A stretch of 64,000 nucleotides of DNA from Octopus sinensis (taxonomy: Eukaryota): positions 67,456,001 to 67,520,000 of the forward strand of contig NC_043000.1 in the NCBI RefSeq assembly GCF_006345805.1, in the 5' to 3' direction. Both the position numbers and the translations under genes were made by a program. The notes below the pieces were generated by a model. It did no database searches. It had not been told where the DNA came from and worked only from the letters and a program-made list of their open reading frames with translations. Below, in pieces: positions 1 through 14,588 of the stretch; the stretch's first letter is position 1; the number at the start of each line of letters is the position of its first letter.

Positions 1-480
1 TATTCATGGAATATTTATATATTTTATGATTATTGGTGCTACCTTGCTCACGGCTAGTGTTTCTAGGATCCATGTGTAGAAGATACTATCAAAAGCCTTT
101 CGGCAATCGATTCAGGCTATACTTAGTCCAGTCTTCTTTCTACGACTGTCTTCAGTTGTGGCTTTATTGATCAGTAGCTGATCTTTACAACCGTATCAGC
201 CCTTGCAGCATACCTTCTGCTTTTCTGGAAACAGTTTGTTTTCTTCCAGATGCCCATTGTCTGCGATATTATTCCAGTAAAGGTTTTGTAAATTGTAGGG
301 TCTATAATTTTCGTTTCAGTGGATTTGGGAATTAGGATAGTTTTCCCTTCTGTGAGTCATTCAGGCATTGTCTCTAACTCTGCTAATATTTCATAAAATT
401 TCCAGCCAGCTTTTTATGTGTTCTTATTAGGTATTTTGACTAGAAGTTGGGGATCTTGTCGTGCCGGGGTGTCTATTTAG
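1..480 (-). mobile_element. Decayed RT fragment of an R4/Dong-type non-LTR retrotransposon
   Basis: The minus strand reads PEKQK..GCKDQLLINKA and LSIA*IDCRKAFDSIFYTWILETL, matching the RT motifs QKGC..GCKDQL and AWIDYKKAFDS. Stops and frameshifts are present. Confidence 0.75.
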
Positions 481-484
481 TGCC

Positions 485-485
<1 letters not shown>

Positions 486-537
<52 letters not shown>

Positions 538-918
538 TTATTATTATTATTATTAATATTATTATTATTATTGAGTGAGAGAACAGTTCATGCCATCAAA
601 GTGACACCGGGGTAAAATATACGAAGCCCAATATACCCATCATGACTACCCGTCTGATAAAGGTACACCAGGCACGTGCATCACAACCATATGTGCGCGA
701 CATGGTGATCTCATATCAAGATAAACAGCACATGACCTTGCAGGTGGGGCCCAGTTAGAATTTTCTTCAGGTTGAGTAGCCCATCCCGCTCAAAAGGTTC
801 CTGAATAAGGGTTGTTTAAGAATGTTGAAAGAACCACCCATGTTTCCAGAGGTGAATTATTCAAACCCTAAAGAATCCCTCTCAACACATGGCTATGATG
901 CTCCCCCACTACTTCTGC

Positions 919-997
<79 letters not shown>

Positions 998-1010
998 CAT
1001 CATCATCATT
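486..1010. repeat. (TTA)n microsatellite split by a 555-bp-family insertion
   Basis: TTA tracts at about 486-571 and 920-1010 flank the element at 572-919. Confidence 0.95.
572..919 (-). mobile_element. 555-bp non-coding element, 5'-truncated copy A
   Basis: Reverse complement matches the 3' ~350 nt of 33463-34017 and ends ...ctctcactca followed by (ATA)n. Confidence 0.9.
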
Positions 1011-1196
1011 GTCAGTGAACAGGTCGCGGTCTTATAGCGACGAAAATATTTTGAAAAATTAAACTTAAATGTTGAAGTGAATCGAACGGCTTTTGTGTGT
1101 TTCTTAAATGGCTTACAAACACCTTCCACGCTGCAATTGTTTTCGTTCCAGCACACGATCTCAGATCAAATCACTTGCTATGCAAATACATCTCCG
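1011..1196. mobile_element. Probable terminal fragment of a Tc1/mariner-like DNA element
   Basis: Non-repetitive block between TTA tracts ending ...catctccg followed by TA. No partner TIR was found, so the call rests on resemblance only. Confidence 0.35.
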
Positions 1197-1220
1197 TAAT
1201 ATTTTTATTATTATTATTTA

Positions 1221-1381
1221 GTGCGTCGAGAAAATGCTTAGCGGCATTTGTTTCTTCCATTTATGTTCTGAGATCATTTTTCGCTGAGGATAACTTTGCC
1301 TCGTAGACGACAAAATAAGTACCAGTCAAATACCTCCCCCTTCCTCTGAAACTTGCTGTTCTTGTGACAAAATTCGAAAGA
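1221..1381 (+). mobile_element. Partial tRNA-derived SINE (family S1)
   Basis: aaaatgcttagcggcattt...gttctgag...aaataagtaccag matches the copies at 2082-2750 and 56406. Confidence 0.75.
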
Positions 1382-1674
1382 ATTTTTGTTGTTGTTGTCG
1401 TCGTCGTTGTTGCAGTTGTCGTTGTTGTTGTTGTTTTGCTGCAAATAATATTATTGAAAACATTACTAATTTTCACCTTTATACAAAAGAGTTTTGTGTT
1501 TCCTTATTCGTTTTTGTGATTCGCATGAATCTCTATATATTCCATCAACGCTTAAATAACTTCCAGGTCTTATCGGCTGGGTAGTATGACATTACTGAGG
1601 TTGTAATTGCTGCTGATGCTGCTGCCGATACAGTTGTAATTATTGTTGCTATTGTTGTTCCTGCTGCTCTTGTC

Positions 1675-1691
1675 ACCGTTGTTGTTGTTGT

Positions 1692-1738
<47 letters not shown>

Positions 1739-1805
1739 GTGGTGGAGGTGGTGGTGGTGGTGGTGGTGGCGGTGATGATGATGACAATGGTGGTGGTGGT
1801 GGTGA
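1675..1805. repeat. Compound (GTT)n(GAT)n(GGT)n microsatellite
   Basis: Directly visible. Confidence 0.95.
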
Positions 1806-2081
1806 TTCTGCTGAATTCCAATTCAACCTTTAAGTTAACAGATACGTGATCTGAGATATTCTAGTCGTTCCGGTCGTTTTCTTAAGGGTATCTTGGACTA
1901 CATTATCGAATGTGTTCTTTCCATTTTCAGATAACAAGAGTGTGGGATAATTTCTACCTTTCGTAGCAGGTGAACACTTTGCCTACCAAACCTATTTAGT
2001 GCCATATTTACTTTTGCTCTAGCAATCGAATTTTTGTTAGCAATTTGGCCCTCTTTTAAAAAATATTTTAACCACACATAA

Positions 2082-2750
2082 GGCATCGAGCTGACAGAAT
2101 CGTTAGCAAACCGGGAAAAATGCTTAGCGATATTTCGTCTGTTTTTATGTTCTGAGTTCAAATTGCGCCGCGGTCGACTTTGCCTTTTACCTTTCCGAGA
2201 TTGTTAAAATAATTACCTGCTGAGTACTGAGGTTGATGTAATCAACTTAGTCCTTCCCCACGAAATTGCTGGTCTTGTACAAAAATTTGAAACCAGTATT
2301 GTAAGGTGGCGAGTTGGCAGAACCGTTAGCACACCGGGCTAAATGCTTTGCGACATTTCGTCCTCTTTACGTTCTGAGTTCAAATTCTGTCGAGGTTGAC
2401 TTTGCCTCTCATCCTCTCTGAGTCTATAAAGTAAAAATCAGTTGAATACTGGCGTCGATGAAATCGACTTTTCACCATTCCCGAAATTTCTGACCTTGTG
2501 CCAAAATTTGAAATGAATATTTTAACCCTATTTCGGACGGTAAGCTGGCAGAATCGTCAACAAGTCAGGCAAAATGCTTAGTGGTATTTCGTCCGTCTTT
2601 ACGTTCCATGTTCAAATTCTACCAATGTCGACTTTTCCTTTCATGGTCGATAAAATAAGTACCGGTTGACCACTGGGGTCGATGTAATCGACTTAATCCA
2701 CCCCAACCCCTGAATAGCTGGCCATGTGCCAAAATCTGAAATCAATATTT
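2082..2750 (+). mobile_element. Three consecutive tRNA-derived SINEs (S1) at about 2082-2300, 2305-2520 and 2535-2750
   Basis: Each has an A-box-like head (tggcagaatcg or variant), a B-box-like gagttcaaatt, a central gtcgactttgcctttcatcc...ataagtaccag and a tail ...cttgtgccaaaatttgaaa. Confidence 0.88.
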
Positions 2751-2879
2751 TAACCATATTTATGTTCTTGTTCACTATATAAACTACCGAATTGTTTTAT
2801 AGCAGTCACCGGTGATATACATGTTGAAAAGAGTTAAATACTTCCAGCTATGATTTCTCTTTCCATTTATTTCAGATTA

Positions 2880-3261
2880 TCTCTCTATATATAAACGGCA
2901 GTTTGTCTGTGCGTGTTTCTGTGTGTCTGTTTGCTTGTACCCTCACCCTGACCACGGCTTTCAACCGATTCTGATGAAACTTGACACACACATAGCCCAA
3001 TGTCATAATTCAAAACTAACGCAGCGAAAATTTTGAAAAGTTCCCCCAGTTCTGAAAAAAATCGATAAATTCGACATGGGGTCGAGAATCAGAAACACAA
3101 ACCGCAAACTGTCTAGGGGACGCAACTCCACCTTTTTTAACTAAAAAAAAATTTACCATCATTTTTTTCCGTTTTTTTGCTATTTTTTGGCTATAACTCT
3201 CTAAAAATGCTTTATAGTTATTTCCCTTACAAACCTGAGCAACGCCGGGCGATACTGCTAG
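2880..3261 (+). mobile_element. Non-autonomous Helitron (382 bp)
   Basis: 5' terminus A|TC(tctctatatataaa), 3' terminus CTAG|T at 3258-3262, imperfect subterminal hairpin cctgagcaacgccggg just upstream, inserted at an AT dinucleotide with no TSD. Confidence 0.85.
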
Positions 3262-3269
3262 TATATTAT

Positions 3270-3613
3270 ATAAGCCTTAATGACCTCTTTTTCGCAAGAT
3301 TTATTTTATTGAGGGTAGCGCTCCAGTGATGGATATTATAGTGATTGGCACCATTCTGATATCGAATCTGATCCCTCATCTTCTGATGAAATTCCATGTC
3401 TCTGCAATTGAAAATCATCCGAGAGACAGGATGAAACATGTGTTCCGTTCATTTTCCAAATTTTGAATAATGTATTTAGAACCACAGCAAGCTGAGGCTC
3501 CTTAAAAAAAAAAAAAAACATCACAATTGGGAGTTATCAGTGACGCCCATATGATATATTAAGAATATCGCGTGTTGAGTCACTAGTGACTCCCATGGTA
3601 GGCAGAATGTTAA
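3270..3613 (-). mobile_element. Possible piggyBac-like terminal fragment
   Basis: Ends at TTAA (3610-3613), has a perfect subterminal palindrome gagtcactagtgactc (3577-3592) with a related copy at about 3528-3549, and an acidic minus-strand peptide (SSEDEGSDSISE). The other end was not found. Confidence 0.4.
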
Positions 3614-3717
3614 GCGACCACATATAAGCTTTTTTGTTTTGGCTAGTTATTTTGTTTATTTTTATTGCAGTCGAGGAAAATTGGCTTTCCATTCTGTTGT
3701 ACCACATTCAATATCAT

Positions 3718-4025
3718 GAAGGTGAGTGGTTAAGTGGTTAGTGTATTCGACTCCCAGGTATAACGTCATGAGTTCGATACCCGGCGGTGTGTTGTATTCT
3801 TGAGCAAGATACTTTATTTCACGTTGCTCCTGGCAAAAATAAGTGGTACCTGTATTTCAAAGGGCCATCATTGTCACGTTCTGTGTTACGCTAAATATCT
3901 CAGAACTACGCTGAGGGTACGCGTACTTGTAGAATGCTTAGCCAATTGTACGTTAATTTCACGGGTAGGCTGTTTCATCAATTGGATCTACTGGAACTCT
4001 TGTTGTAATCGACGGAGAACCAGTG
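3718..4025 (+). mobile_element. tRNA-derived SINE with CORE-like central domain
   Basis: A-box tggttaagtgg, B-box gagttcgatacc, then ttcttgagcaagatacttt, which resembles the CORE motif ccttgggcaagtcactt. Confidence 0.7.
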
Positions 4026-4371
4026 TCGCCAGAATTGAAAAATTGAAACGTTTGACGTCAGGTTTCTTTCATCAGTCAGAGTATCTCTCGTTGTTGAAAA
4101 ACAATTGCACCAAAGTCTTTCCACTCCTCGCAGTAATTAAAATCACTTGATATTCCCTGATTTAACGTTGAATATTCAGACTCCTTCCTACCCAGTTCCA
4201 CTGGATTTCAGATTACCAGGTGTTAATTTATTGCAAGACGCATTAAGCAGAGTTTTATCTAATATTTTGCTTCTAACTTATCTATTATAACTGATCTTTC
4301 AGTTTTGAGCAGGTGTCTGAAAGAAATAGAATTGTTATTAGAAAGAGTTCACTTGTACTAACAACTGAGCT

Positions 4372-4720
4372 CAGGCATAGCTGAGTGGTTAGTAAGTTCG
4401 CCTTGTAATCATGTTGTTCCGAGTTCAGTCTCACTGCATCGTTTCTTAAATAAGTGGGGCTTTTTTATCATAGCCTCTAGTCGACTCAAACGTTGTTGGT
4501 AAAATTAGACTGACGGGAACTGTGTGGAAGCCACTCGGATGAACTCTAACTGTAATTAAAAAACCATATCAGACATCATGTCATGCTGGTTCCGCTTGAG
4601 GTGTATGTTGAGAATGCATGTGTCCGGAATACTCACTTAACTTAAATGCTAAATCAGTTAGTAGGGTCTTCAGCTGATCGAACAACTGGAATAGCCATCT
4701 TCGAAACCGACGGAGGAGCC
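4372..4720 (+). mobile_element. Old tRNA-derived SINE
   Basis: Head tagctgagtggtt, B-box-like gagttcagtctc, 3' part similar to the 3718 copy. A related decayed head lies at about 41281-41425. Confidence 0.6.
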
Positions 4721-5614
4721 ATCTCTTTATTTATTTATTTATTTATTTAGATGGAAAATTAAATAAAACCTGTCTTCGATTCCAAATGTTATACAACATA
4801 CAGTGCTCACTATTAACTATTTCGAGAAACGGATGAATGCCGCATAATCTTCTCTACACTAGATATTGAGATGATATCCCTATATAATAAATTACTATTG
4901 GCTGCAGTAGCAGAGCAGTGTTGTTAGTATTTAGACTTTCATTTATTGTTTTACTGTTTTACTGGTTCCAGCCAGTGAGCTGTGGTCATGATGGAGCACA
5001 GCTAGACACAAATCTATTGATGGGATATTCAGTTACTTGTCGGGAGGTTGCATTCGCGGTTACAGCGACGCGGTTTCAATTGCTGGTTGCGACTATCTTT
5101 CATCAATTACTGTTCCTGAGAAACAAATCAAATGAATGTCACACAATCTAGTTTTCTCACCCTATGAATTCGAGGCTTTGTGCTTCTATTACGAATCAAT
5201 TAGAGGCGATGGGGGTTTGTAATCGCACAGAAGCTTTAGTGATAGCAGAGAAAATAGTCATGTTAACATTTTAAGCATCCCTTCCCCTTCTCCATTATCA
5301 TTATCTTCATTATCGTCAGCAGCAGCATTATCTCTTTCTTCATTATCTTCCACTTCAAGATTTCATTCTTCTAAATTACAGTTTCAATTTGCATCATTTT
5401 CGAAAGTATTTCGCTCTGTAATGTTTACACATGAAATTGTATATTATTATAACCAACTGTATTATTTCGTTATAACCACAGCAGCTTTCTTTTACTGCAC
5501 TGATGATTTTACTTGCAAATTGATAACTTCATTAGATTTGTAAGCTGAAGAATATATACAGAAATATTCTTCCGTTGATATCGATAATATTGCCTGCTGC
5601 ATTAGTACAAAACT

Positions 5615-5634
5615 ATATATATATAATATATATA

Positions 5635-5688
<54 letters not shown>

Positions 5689-6950
5689 AGATATAGATAT
5701 ATTAAAAATTAATATATATATATTTAAATCAGCTCAATTAAATCTATCATTTAGGCTTTAAATTTTCTGTTTTCTAAATTTACACGATAGCAATCTAACA
5801 ATCTTAAACATGCCTGCTTATATCAATGATGACTGTGCTTGTACTACAGTCAGCTCGCTCGTTAGGGAGATGCAGGATGAAGCAATAGTATCACAGACAC
5901 GTCAAATGAACTATGTTGATTTATAAAGGCGTCTTATATTAATGATACAATTAACGACAACAACAGCCATTCCAGCCATAACATCAATGAGATGCAATCC
6001 ATTTGTCTTCATATCCAACTGTTTCGATAGACCAACCAATCATTCAGTCTTATGGTCAACCAGCCGCACCGTAACATCATTCATTCTAACATTCTCACTC
6101 ATAGTTGGTTGGATGGCTGGTTTCTTATTTAGTTCTATTGTTAGTTTTCCTGGCACACAGTCTATATTTTATTTATCAAGTAATCTAAGACGGGAGTGAC
6201 GAAATAATACATGTATTTGTTTACATCATTTATAGTTATATTAATGTGCAAAGAAATGCTATTCATATCGGAACATATGTAGTGGAGAAGCTACATTATT
6301 AAAATTGTGTTGATATTGAAGATTTTAATCTGAAAATAACAACGGCTGCTAAATCTTGAGATGCACAATGGACAGGAATTACCGCTTATTAGATCTGTGT
6401 TGCTACTACATTTTTTTGGATTTATCACAAATAGTTTCGGTAAGTTAATCAATTAATTAATATGATGCTGTTTGATTCGAACATGTATGTATGTATGTAT
6501 GTATGTATGTATATATATATATACACTCACACAGACACACACACATACACACATACACACATACACACACACACACATGTACATACATATATACATACAT
6601 ACATACATACGCACACATACACTTTCACACACACATATACATGTGTGTGTGTAAAAGAAACAGAATATTACATAAAGTAATCAAAATGAAAAATGAATTT
6701 TAATTATGATGTTAATGAAATATATTTTGCTTTAATTTCACTCGTTAAATTCAGATGTAGACTGAAAAAATAAATATAACGCATTATGAATTATATAATA
6801 CCACATTTCTTAAATTATACATTACGTATATAAATTCTTACAGACATACGGTTTATATACAAGCATATTTTATATGTATCCAAATATCTATATTTTAGCA
6901 TATCAGTAATTGGTTTATCAATCTCTCCATTTCTGCCAGTCAACTAATTT

Positions 6951-7000
<50 letters not shown>

Positions 7001-7963
7001 AATTTATACATACATGCATAAATACACAGAATATATACAGTCATACAAGCGCATGTATACATATATATACATATATATGTATACATATCTATATACATAT
7101 ATGTGTGAAAGCACGCGCGATGTGAGCGTGCGTGTGCGTGCATGTACGTGTGTGCGTGTGCGCGTGTATTATGATCAAAGCTTATACTGCGTGGCCGAAA
7201 ACTGTGTCTTGGGATTTATTTGTGGTGCATTCCTCGCAATAACGTCTCTAAATTTTTTAACTGCAGTGAAGATTCGTTCAATTAGATTTGTTTTTTTCTT
7301 TCTTTTCATTGCTAGAACATTGCTAGTGTGCAGAATCAAGGTTCATACACGAGTGAAATATATATATATATGTATGTATGTATGTATGCATGTATGTATG
7401 TATGTATGTATGTATGTATGTATGTATGTATGTATGTATGTATGTGTGTATATATATTATATTATATATTATATATACATATATATTTGTATGTATATAT
7501 ATTGTATTATATATTATGTACACATATATATTTGCATGTACATTTGTATACATGCATACGTGTATAGATACTCTCTCAGACTCTCTCTTTCACATGCACA
7601 CACACATATGCTTGTGTGCATGTATGTATCCACGGTTCTGTCTATCAATCCCTGCCTGTCTTATTTCTCTTCTCTTCTGTCTCTGTCTCTCGCTCCCTGT
7701 CTCTCCACACGTGCACACACACGCACTTACACACACATCCATACACCCTCATGCGCGTAAGCGCGCACCCACCCACCCCAACACACACATACACGCACGC
7801 ATACACTTAAACACATATTTTGGTACATATGAACAATCGTGTATGATTAAATAATTTCTTAACCGATTCTCCAATTAACTCTACTCGTCTGCTTTTGTGT
7901 GTGTTCCTGTGCGTGTGTGTGCGTGTGTTCGTGTGCGTGTGTATGTGTGTATGTGTGTGTGTG

Positions 7964-8005
<42 letters not shown>

Positions 8006-8180
8006 TGTGTGTGTTGGGTGTGTTTTAGTGTGTATGTGAGTGCTGTTGTCGTCGTCATCATCAGCAACATCATCATCGTGACAACCGTCGTGCGTGCGTG
8101 TATATGTGTGTGTACGCGTGTGTGTATGTTGTATCTGTGAGTGTGCTAGTGACTGGGTGTTCGTGGTTATCATCATCCTT

Positions 8181-8218
<38 letters not shown>

Positions 8219-8716
8219 TATTATTATCATTGAAACTATGTAATATGACAGGTATTTTAATATCCTTTTAACCTTATTATATAGTACACACCGAATTTTA
8301 AGAGCACAAGTAAAAATGAAGTCCTCTTGTATATTTGCGCGTGGGTGTGTGCCTAATGTATATATATTTTAACAAAATGAACTTTCGCGAATTACAGCTC
8401 CTTTTCTTTTATTCTCTGCGATTCTAAGTCAAATCTTTCCTCATCTAGATACAAAAGGAGCACTTTTGTTTTCGCTTTCCGTTTGAAGAATTTATCCACG
8501 GAGAATTCTAACACGTATTTTATTAATAGTGACTTTTTTGTACTCTTTTTTTTTTTCATATTTTTTATACTTCCTTTTTTTATTCGACGAATTTGTATTT
8601 TGTTCGTTGATTCTTTTGCACTACACCTCTGCACTTTCTACACTCGCCCAACATCTTAGGCCCCTGTGACCAGTAAAAGAGGTTGCTACTACTACTACTA
8701 CTGCTGCTACTACTAT

Positions 8717-8755
<39 letters not shown>

Positions 8756-9690
8756 ATTTTGTTGTTGATATAAAAACAGCTTTTGAGATATATATATATT
8801 TCATACTGTTTTCTTCGATTTACATTTAAATGTTTATGTATGTGTATCGATGTATGACTTGGTACGTGTGTGGGTGTGGGTGTGCCAGTGTGCATGTACG
8901 CATTGTCAAATATACGGTGGTGTTATCACACGGAACATGGTAAATGGTAATTAATGATTGTGGGCAGAAACATGATAACTCTTGCATTCGTCTCAAAGTA
9001 AATATTGCCTTAACGATAAACATGTATGTATGTATGTATGTATGTATGTATGTATGTATGTATGTATGTATGTATGTATGTATGTATGTATGTATGTATG
9101 TGTATGTATGTATGTATGTATGTATGTATGTGTATGTATGTATGTATGTATGTATGTATGTATGTATGTGTGTGTGTATGTATGTATGTATGTATGTATG
9201 TATGTATGTATGTATGTATGCATGCATACATGCATGCATGCATGCATGTATGTATATATGTATGTATGGATGGATGGATGGATATATGTATGCATGTATT
9301 TATCTGTGCATATGTATGTGTATGGATGGATGTACTTATGTATGTGTATACTCTAATGTATATATGTATGCAGATAAGCATAAATAGATAGATGGATGGA
9401 TGAATGGACGAGTAGGTGGTTTGATGAATTCACTTATAAAACTCATGCATACACACAGACAGACATACGTACATAGATACAAGTATACATACGTTCGCAT
9501 ATACATGCATCCATACAAACATACGTACATCCTTACACACATCAGCACATATGTACTAAGTCAGTAACTATGTACGTATGTATGTATGTATGTATGTATG
9601 TATGTATGTATGTATGTATGTATGTATGTATGTATGTATGTATGTATGTATATATGTGTGTATGTATATATGTATGTATGTATGTATTAC
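5615..9690. repeat. Dense field of (TA)n, (GATATA)n, (TATG)n, (CA/TG)n, (TCTA)n, (CAT)n and (CTA/CTG)n microsatellites
   Basis: Directly visible. These tracts generate the MYVC/HTYI artefact ORFs. Confidence 0.92.
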
Positions 9691-10517
9691 TTATGCATGT
9701 ATGTTGCATATTTTTATATAGTATATGTTGTGGTTGTGTATATATGATAGTGCATGATAGTGCGTGTGTATAAGCAAGTGCAGTTGTGCGTAAGCGCGTG
9801 TGTATGTAAGTGTGTGTATGAGTAAAATGTACAGCATCGTAATGTTTTGCATTTTAGTTGTCCATATGGCGAATACAGAAACTTTATTACTACTAATATT
9901 ACTACTGTTATTGTCGTTACTGTCACGTGTGTTAAGATTTTGCGTTTTCATCCAATGTATACTCTGTACTTTACGTTAATATCTTAAATATTTAATAGCT
10001 AAACATATTATGAGACGCACGAATGGAAAAGGTGTTGTTAGTTTAATGTTGTCAGGTGTAAGTCTGGAGAATTAGGTAAACAAATAGCAAATAAACTTAA
10101 TTGAAATATGAGATATTCCAAATTTTCTGTTGTTGCTAAGGATATCTGATTTGAAGAATTCGTTAGATATCGGTATTAAAAGTTATGGAGGCTGTTTAAG
10201 TGTTTGTGGAACAAGACTTCTATTAGATTCTACAGCTAGCTTTTGCGGATAGAATTCACACTCCTTTATTGTGTCGATTAGATTAAGAAGACGACGGTTT
10301 GAATATTTCATGAACATCTTCGATCAAAGTTGTAATTTATTAATTGGTCGTAATTTGATGAGATTAATTTTTACCATTTAAATAGTTTTATTGCTACTTC
10401 GATATTATCACTGAAAATGTTGTTGTTGTTGTTGCTGCTGCTGCTGCTACTGCTTCAGTTGCTGTTGTTTCTGCTGCTGTTGTTGTTGTTATTATCGTCG
10501 TCATCGTCATTGTCGTC

Positions 10518-10738
10518 GTTTACCTCCTAGAACAGCACCCTGATCAGCCAGGTCTGTTGTCCAAAATCATTCAGGAGAGTCATACGGTGCCAATAAATTT
10601 TCAAACATAGTGAATCTTAACTAGGACCAAAATGTGTGGATGATTCCTCCCAGATGGCAAAGGTGTGATGTGAAAGAAATTTGGTTGCTATTTCGAGCAC
10701 GTCAAGCCACCGCATAGAAATCTCTTTCGTCGTTGGCT
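10518..10738 (-). mobile_element. Old ~220-bp retroposed repeat with (AAC)n-type tail (family T)
   Basis: Shares agatggcaaaggtgtgatgtgaaagaaatttggttgctatttcgagca with 14383-14588 and 26968-27170, and in the opposite orientation with 60590-60811. Confidence 0.6.
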
Positions 10739-10740
10739 TG

Positions 10741-10744
<4 letters not shown>

Positions 10745-10824
<80 letters not shown>

Positions 10825-12290
10825 CGTGTGTATGTGTGTATGTGTGTGTGTGTGTGTGCGTGTATGGGAGAGAGATGTACTTAGATTGACACACTATATA
10901 TATTTTTTTTCACGTGATAACCAACAATTCAGAGATCAGATCTTAACATTTGGTGCAATTTTCAATTCCCGCTGTTCAGTACCTTTTTCTTTTTCAGAGT
11001 TCATTTATTTATTTCTTCATTCATTCATTCATTCATTCATTTGTTTATTGTGGCAGACAATAAATAGTAGAAAAGAATATGTTTACTGGGGAAAACCAAG
11101 AAAGAGAGCAAAGCAATTTTATATTTCGACATTATTGTCACCTATACATTTTCATGCAGACTTCAAACCAATAATTATAATCGTCTGAGTTTAAGGTAGA
11201 GTACACGCAATTTGTCGACAAATACTTTCAAAAATTTCTATCGCTCAACATGAAAATACATTCTTATTCCAACGATTCACTATTTAAAATGCATACATGC
11301 ATATATAGGTACATATGTGCGTACATACATACGTGCATACATAAGTACACACATACAGATATACATATACAAAGTCATACATGCACACAGACACCGGTGC
11401 ACACATAAGAAAACATAGGCACGCACACTTACACACACCTACACAAATCTCACTCAGTGTATTATTTCATCATGTATGTGTCTGTATGCATGTGTGCGTT
11501 AAGAGTGCGCTTGTGTATGTATGTATAATGCATAATACACCTAAAATACATACATACATATACGAATGCATATACATATAAATATGTATGTATGCATGTA
11601 TGTATGTATATGCCTGGTGACAGAAAATAAGATCTTTACAGTCACTGTCAACCATTTCCTAGTAAAAATAAAAATGGTACGCTGCTGAAAAGTATTGAAT
11701 GGTCGTTCAGTTTAACGTTCAAATGTCATCCTATAAAATTTAGCTTAAAAATAAACATTAATATATGTATGTATGTATGTATCTATGTATGTATGTATGT
11801 ATGTTTGTATGTATGTATGTATGTATGTATGCATGCATGCATGTATGTATGTATGTATGTATGTATGTATGTATGTATGTATGTATGTATGTATATGCAT
11901 ATATGCATGTATGAATGTATGTGTGTATGTATGTATGTATGTATGTATGTATGTATGTATGTATGTATGTATGTATGTATGTATATACATGTATGCATGT
12001 ATGAATGTATGTATGTATATGTATGCATGCATGTATGTTTGCATATATGTATGTGTGTGTATGTATGTATGTACGTACGTATGTATGTATTTATGTATGT
12101 ATGTATATATATATATATATAGATGCATATATGGGTGTATATATGTATTATAAATACATACATTCCATGTATGCATAATAGGATATAAACAATTTCTCCA
12201 TGTATAATATATGTGTGTGTACATGTGTGTTCATATATAGATGTATATGCATATATAAATGTATATGGATATATATATATATATATTATA

Positions 12291-12329
<39 letters not shown>

Positions 12330-12855
12330 GATGTATATATATATATCTATATATATACGTGTGTTTTTGTGTGTGTGTGACTACTGTTGTATGTATATAT
12401 ATATATATATGGGTGTGTTATCTTGTATATGAATGTGTATGTAACTGTCTTTATAACCATGTATATTGTTCTGAATTTTAGTGTACATTTCTTATATATT
12501 AAGCCAGCTTAGTTATGGTGAAGAACACATTCCATATGTGTAACTTGGTGTTGACATAACTTTGGGTATTGGTTACCAGTTATAAGATAGAGGTTTAAGG
12601 TGTGTTTTCCATGAACTCATGAACTATTAAACTAGTGTGAACGCATGTATGTATGTTTCTAAGTCTGTATGTATCTGTGTATGTTTTATGCTATATATAT
12701 TTGTATGCATGTACGTATATAAGAATAGGTAAGTTGCAGAAAAATGTGCATATCTATCTATCTATACGTATATACGTACATACGTACGCATATGCATACA
12801 CAGATGCACGCATAAATATATACATACATATACACACATGTGTTTATATATATAT

Positions 12856-12886
<31 letters not shown>

Positions 12887-12887
12887 C

Positions 12888-12930
<43 letters not shown>

Positions 12931-12958
12931 TACATACTATACTATATATATTATATAT

Positions 12959-12995
<37 letters not shown>

Positions 12996-13139
12996 CCACC
13001 AATGAATAGTTAAAGATTGTCTTTTTATATTTTAATAGCTGTTTATTTTTGGCTAGAAATTTTTTGATATTGGTATAAAATGGTAGCAAATAAAATAAAC
13101 GATTTAGATGTGTTATATTTACCTAAAGATAGACGAATT

Positions 13140-13219
<80 letters not shown>

Positions 13220-13996
13220 CGTGCGTGCGTGTGCGGGCGCGCGTCTGTGCGGCACGCGCATGTTTGTGTATGTGTGTGTGTTCGTGCGTTTGTGTAAGTG
13301 TGTATAAGTTTTTCTCGTTCTGAGAAAAAATACTTTATCCGCCATTTCTCTCTTGTCAATGTCGTTCTCAAAGACAGATTTTAAATTTGGATGAAAACAA
13401 TAAAATGAACCGGTAATTCGACACCATTTTATCACATGCATATTTAATGGTTAATTTGTTATTTTATTACTAATAAGTAAATTTTAAAGAGAATTAATAT
13501 TCCTGGATTTTCCCTTACAACTTTAGATGTGAACGAACGTTATTTTTCATGTCAACAGAGAGAGAACGCCAAGAAATTAAGCGAATGATCTTTCGATGAG
13601 AATATATTTCTCTTTTGTACATGTGTGCGCGCGTGAGTGTGTGTGTATGAATATGTGTGTGAGCGTGTGTATGTCTTCATAAATAAGTGTATGACAGTGT
13701 TTATGACTGTACGTTTAATGAATTCATGTAATTATAAAGGATTTGAAAAGCTAAAACTGTAATAATTTTTAAACACAATTTCTATCTTCTGTAATGTTAA
13801 GTAAAAAGAACCGTTTCCTTGAATATTGAAAAACCTGCCAGTCGGAATTCACAACGGAAAACTGCACTGTAAAATGTCATTAACGAGATTTATGTTTAGA
13901 GTCATGGAGAAACATACATACAAAAATATATTTATCTATGTAAATTGGCATTTTTTCCTTATATAATGTGTGTGTGTGCGTGTGTGTCTGTCTATT

Positions 13997-14052
<56 letters not shown>

Positions 14053-14070
14053 AGTATGTATGTATGTATC
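10745..14070. repeat. Microsatellite field: (TG)n, (TATG)n, (TA)n, (GATA)n, (CA)n
   Basis: Directly visible, interspersed with unique AT-rich sequence. Confidence 0.9.
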
Positions 14071-14382
14071 AGTGTTTCGGGTTAGCTGTTCCGTTCTCAG
14101 ATTTGAAATAAAGTTTTCTTACTGTAATTATTTATGAAACTGTAGAAATTAACTACTGTTCCCATTTTAATCTGTAACTATTTATCGCTGATTGATATAC
14201 TATCGATATACTTCTGCTAAATAAGAGACTCCATTCAAGTCCGAACAGATCTGTTTCCATTCAAATATGTTGGCTAAATATTTATCCAACGAAAAAGAAA
14301 GAAAAAAATTGCGTGCGGATTTGCATAGATAATGATATCACACGCTGCATATTTTAGATTTATATGTGTAGCTGTTGTTGTT

Positions 14383-14588
14383 GTGTCGGTTAGCCCCAGG
14401 TCAGCCTTGATCGATCGAGCAGCTTTCCACCCATAATGATTCTGTATATTTAAAGAACAACAGGACATCTAGGATCACGCTTTTCAGTGTATCCTTATTC
14501 TCTAAGATGGCAGGGTGTGATTTAAGGGAGATCTGACTGGTATTTTTAGCAAGCAAAAAGACCACGTTAGAGAATCCCTCACTGGCTC
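14383..14588 (-). mobile_element. Family T repeat copy
   Basis: (GTT)n then ttagccccaggtcagcc...aagatggcagggtgtgatttaagggagat...tggctc. Confidence 0.65.

Noticed and set aside
4045-4080. Minus-strand CUGAUGA...AAACGUUU hammerhead-like string
   Set aside because: No stem II pairing and the G of GAAA is missing, so it is too degenerate.
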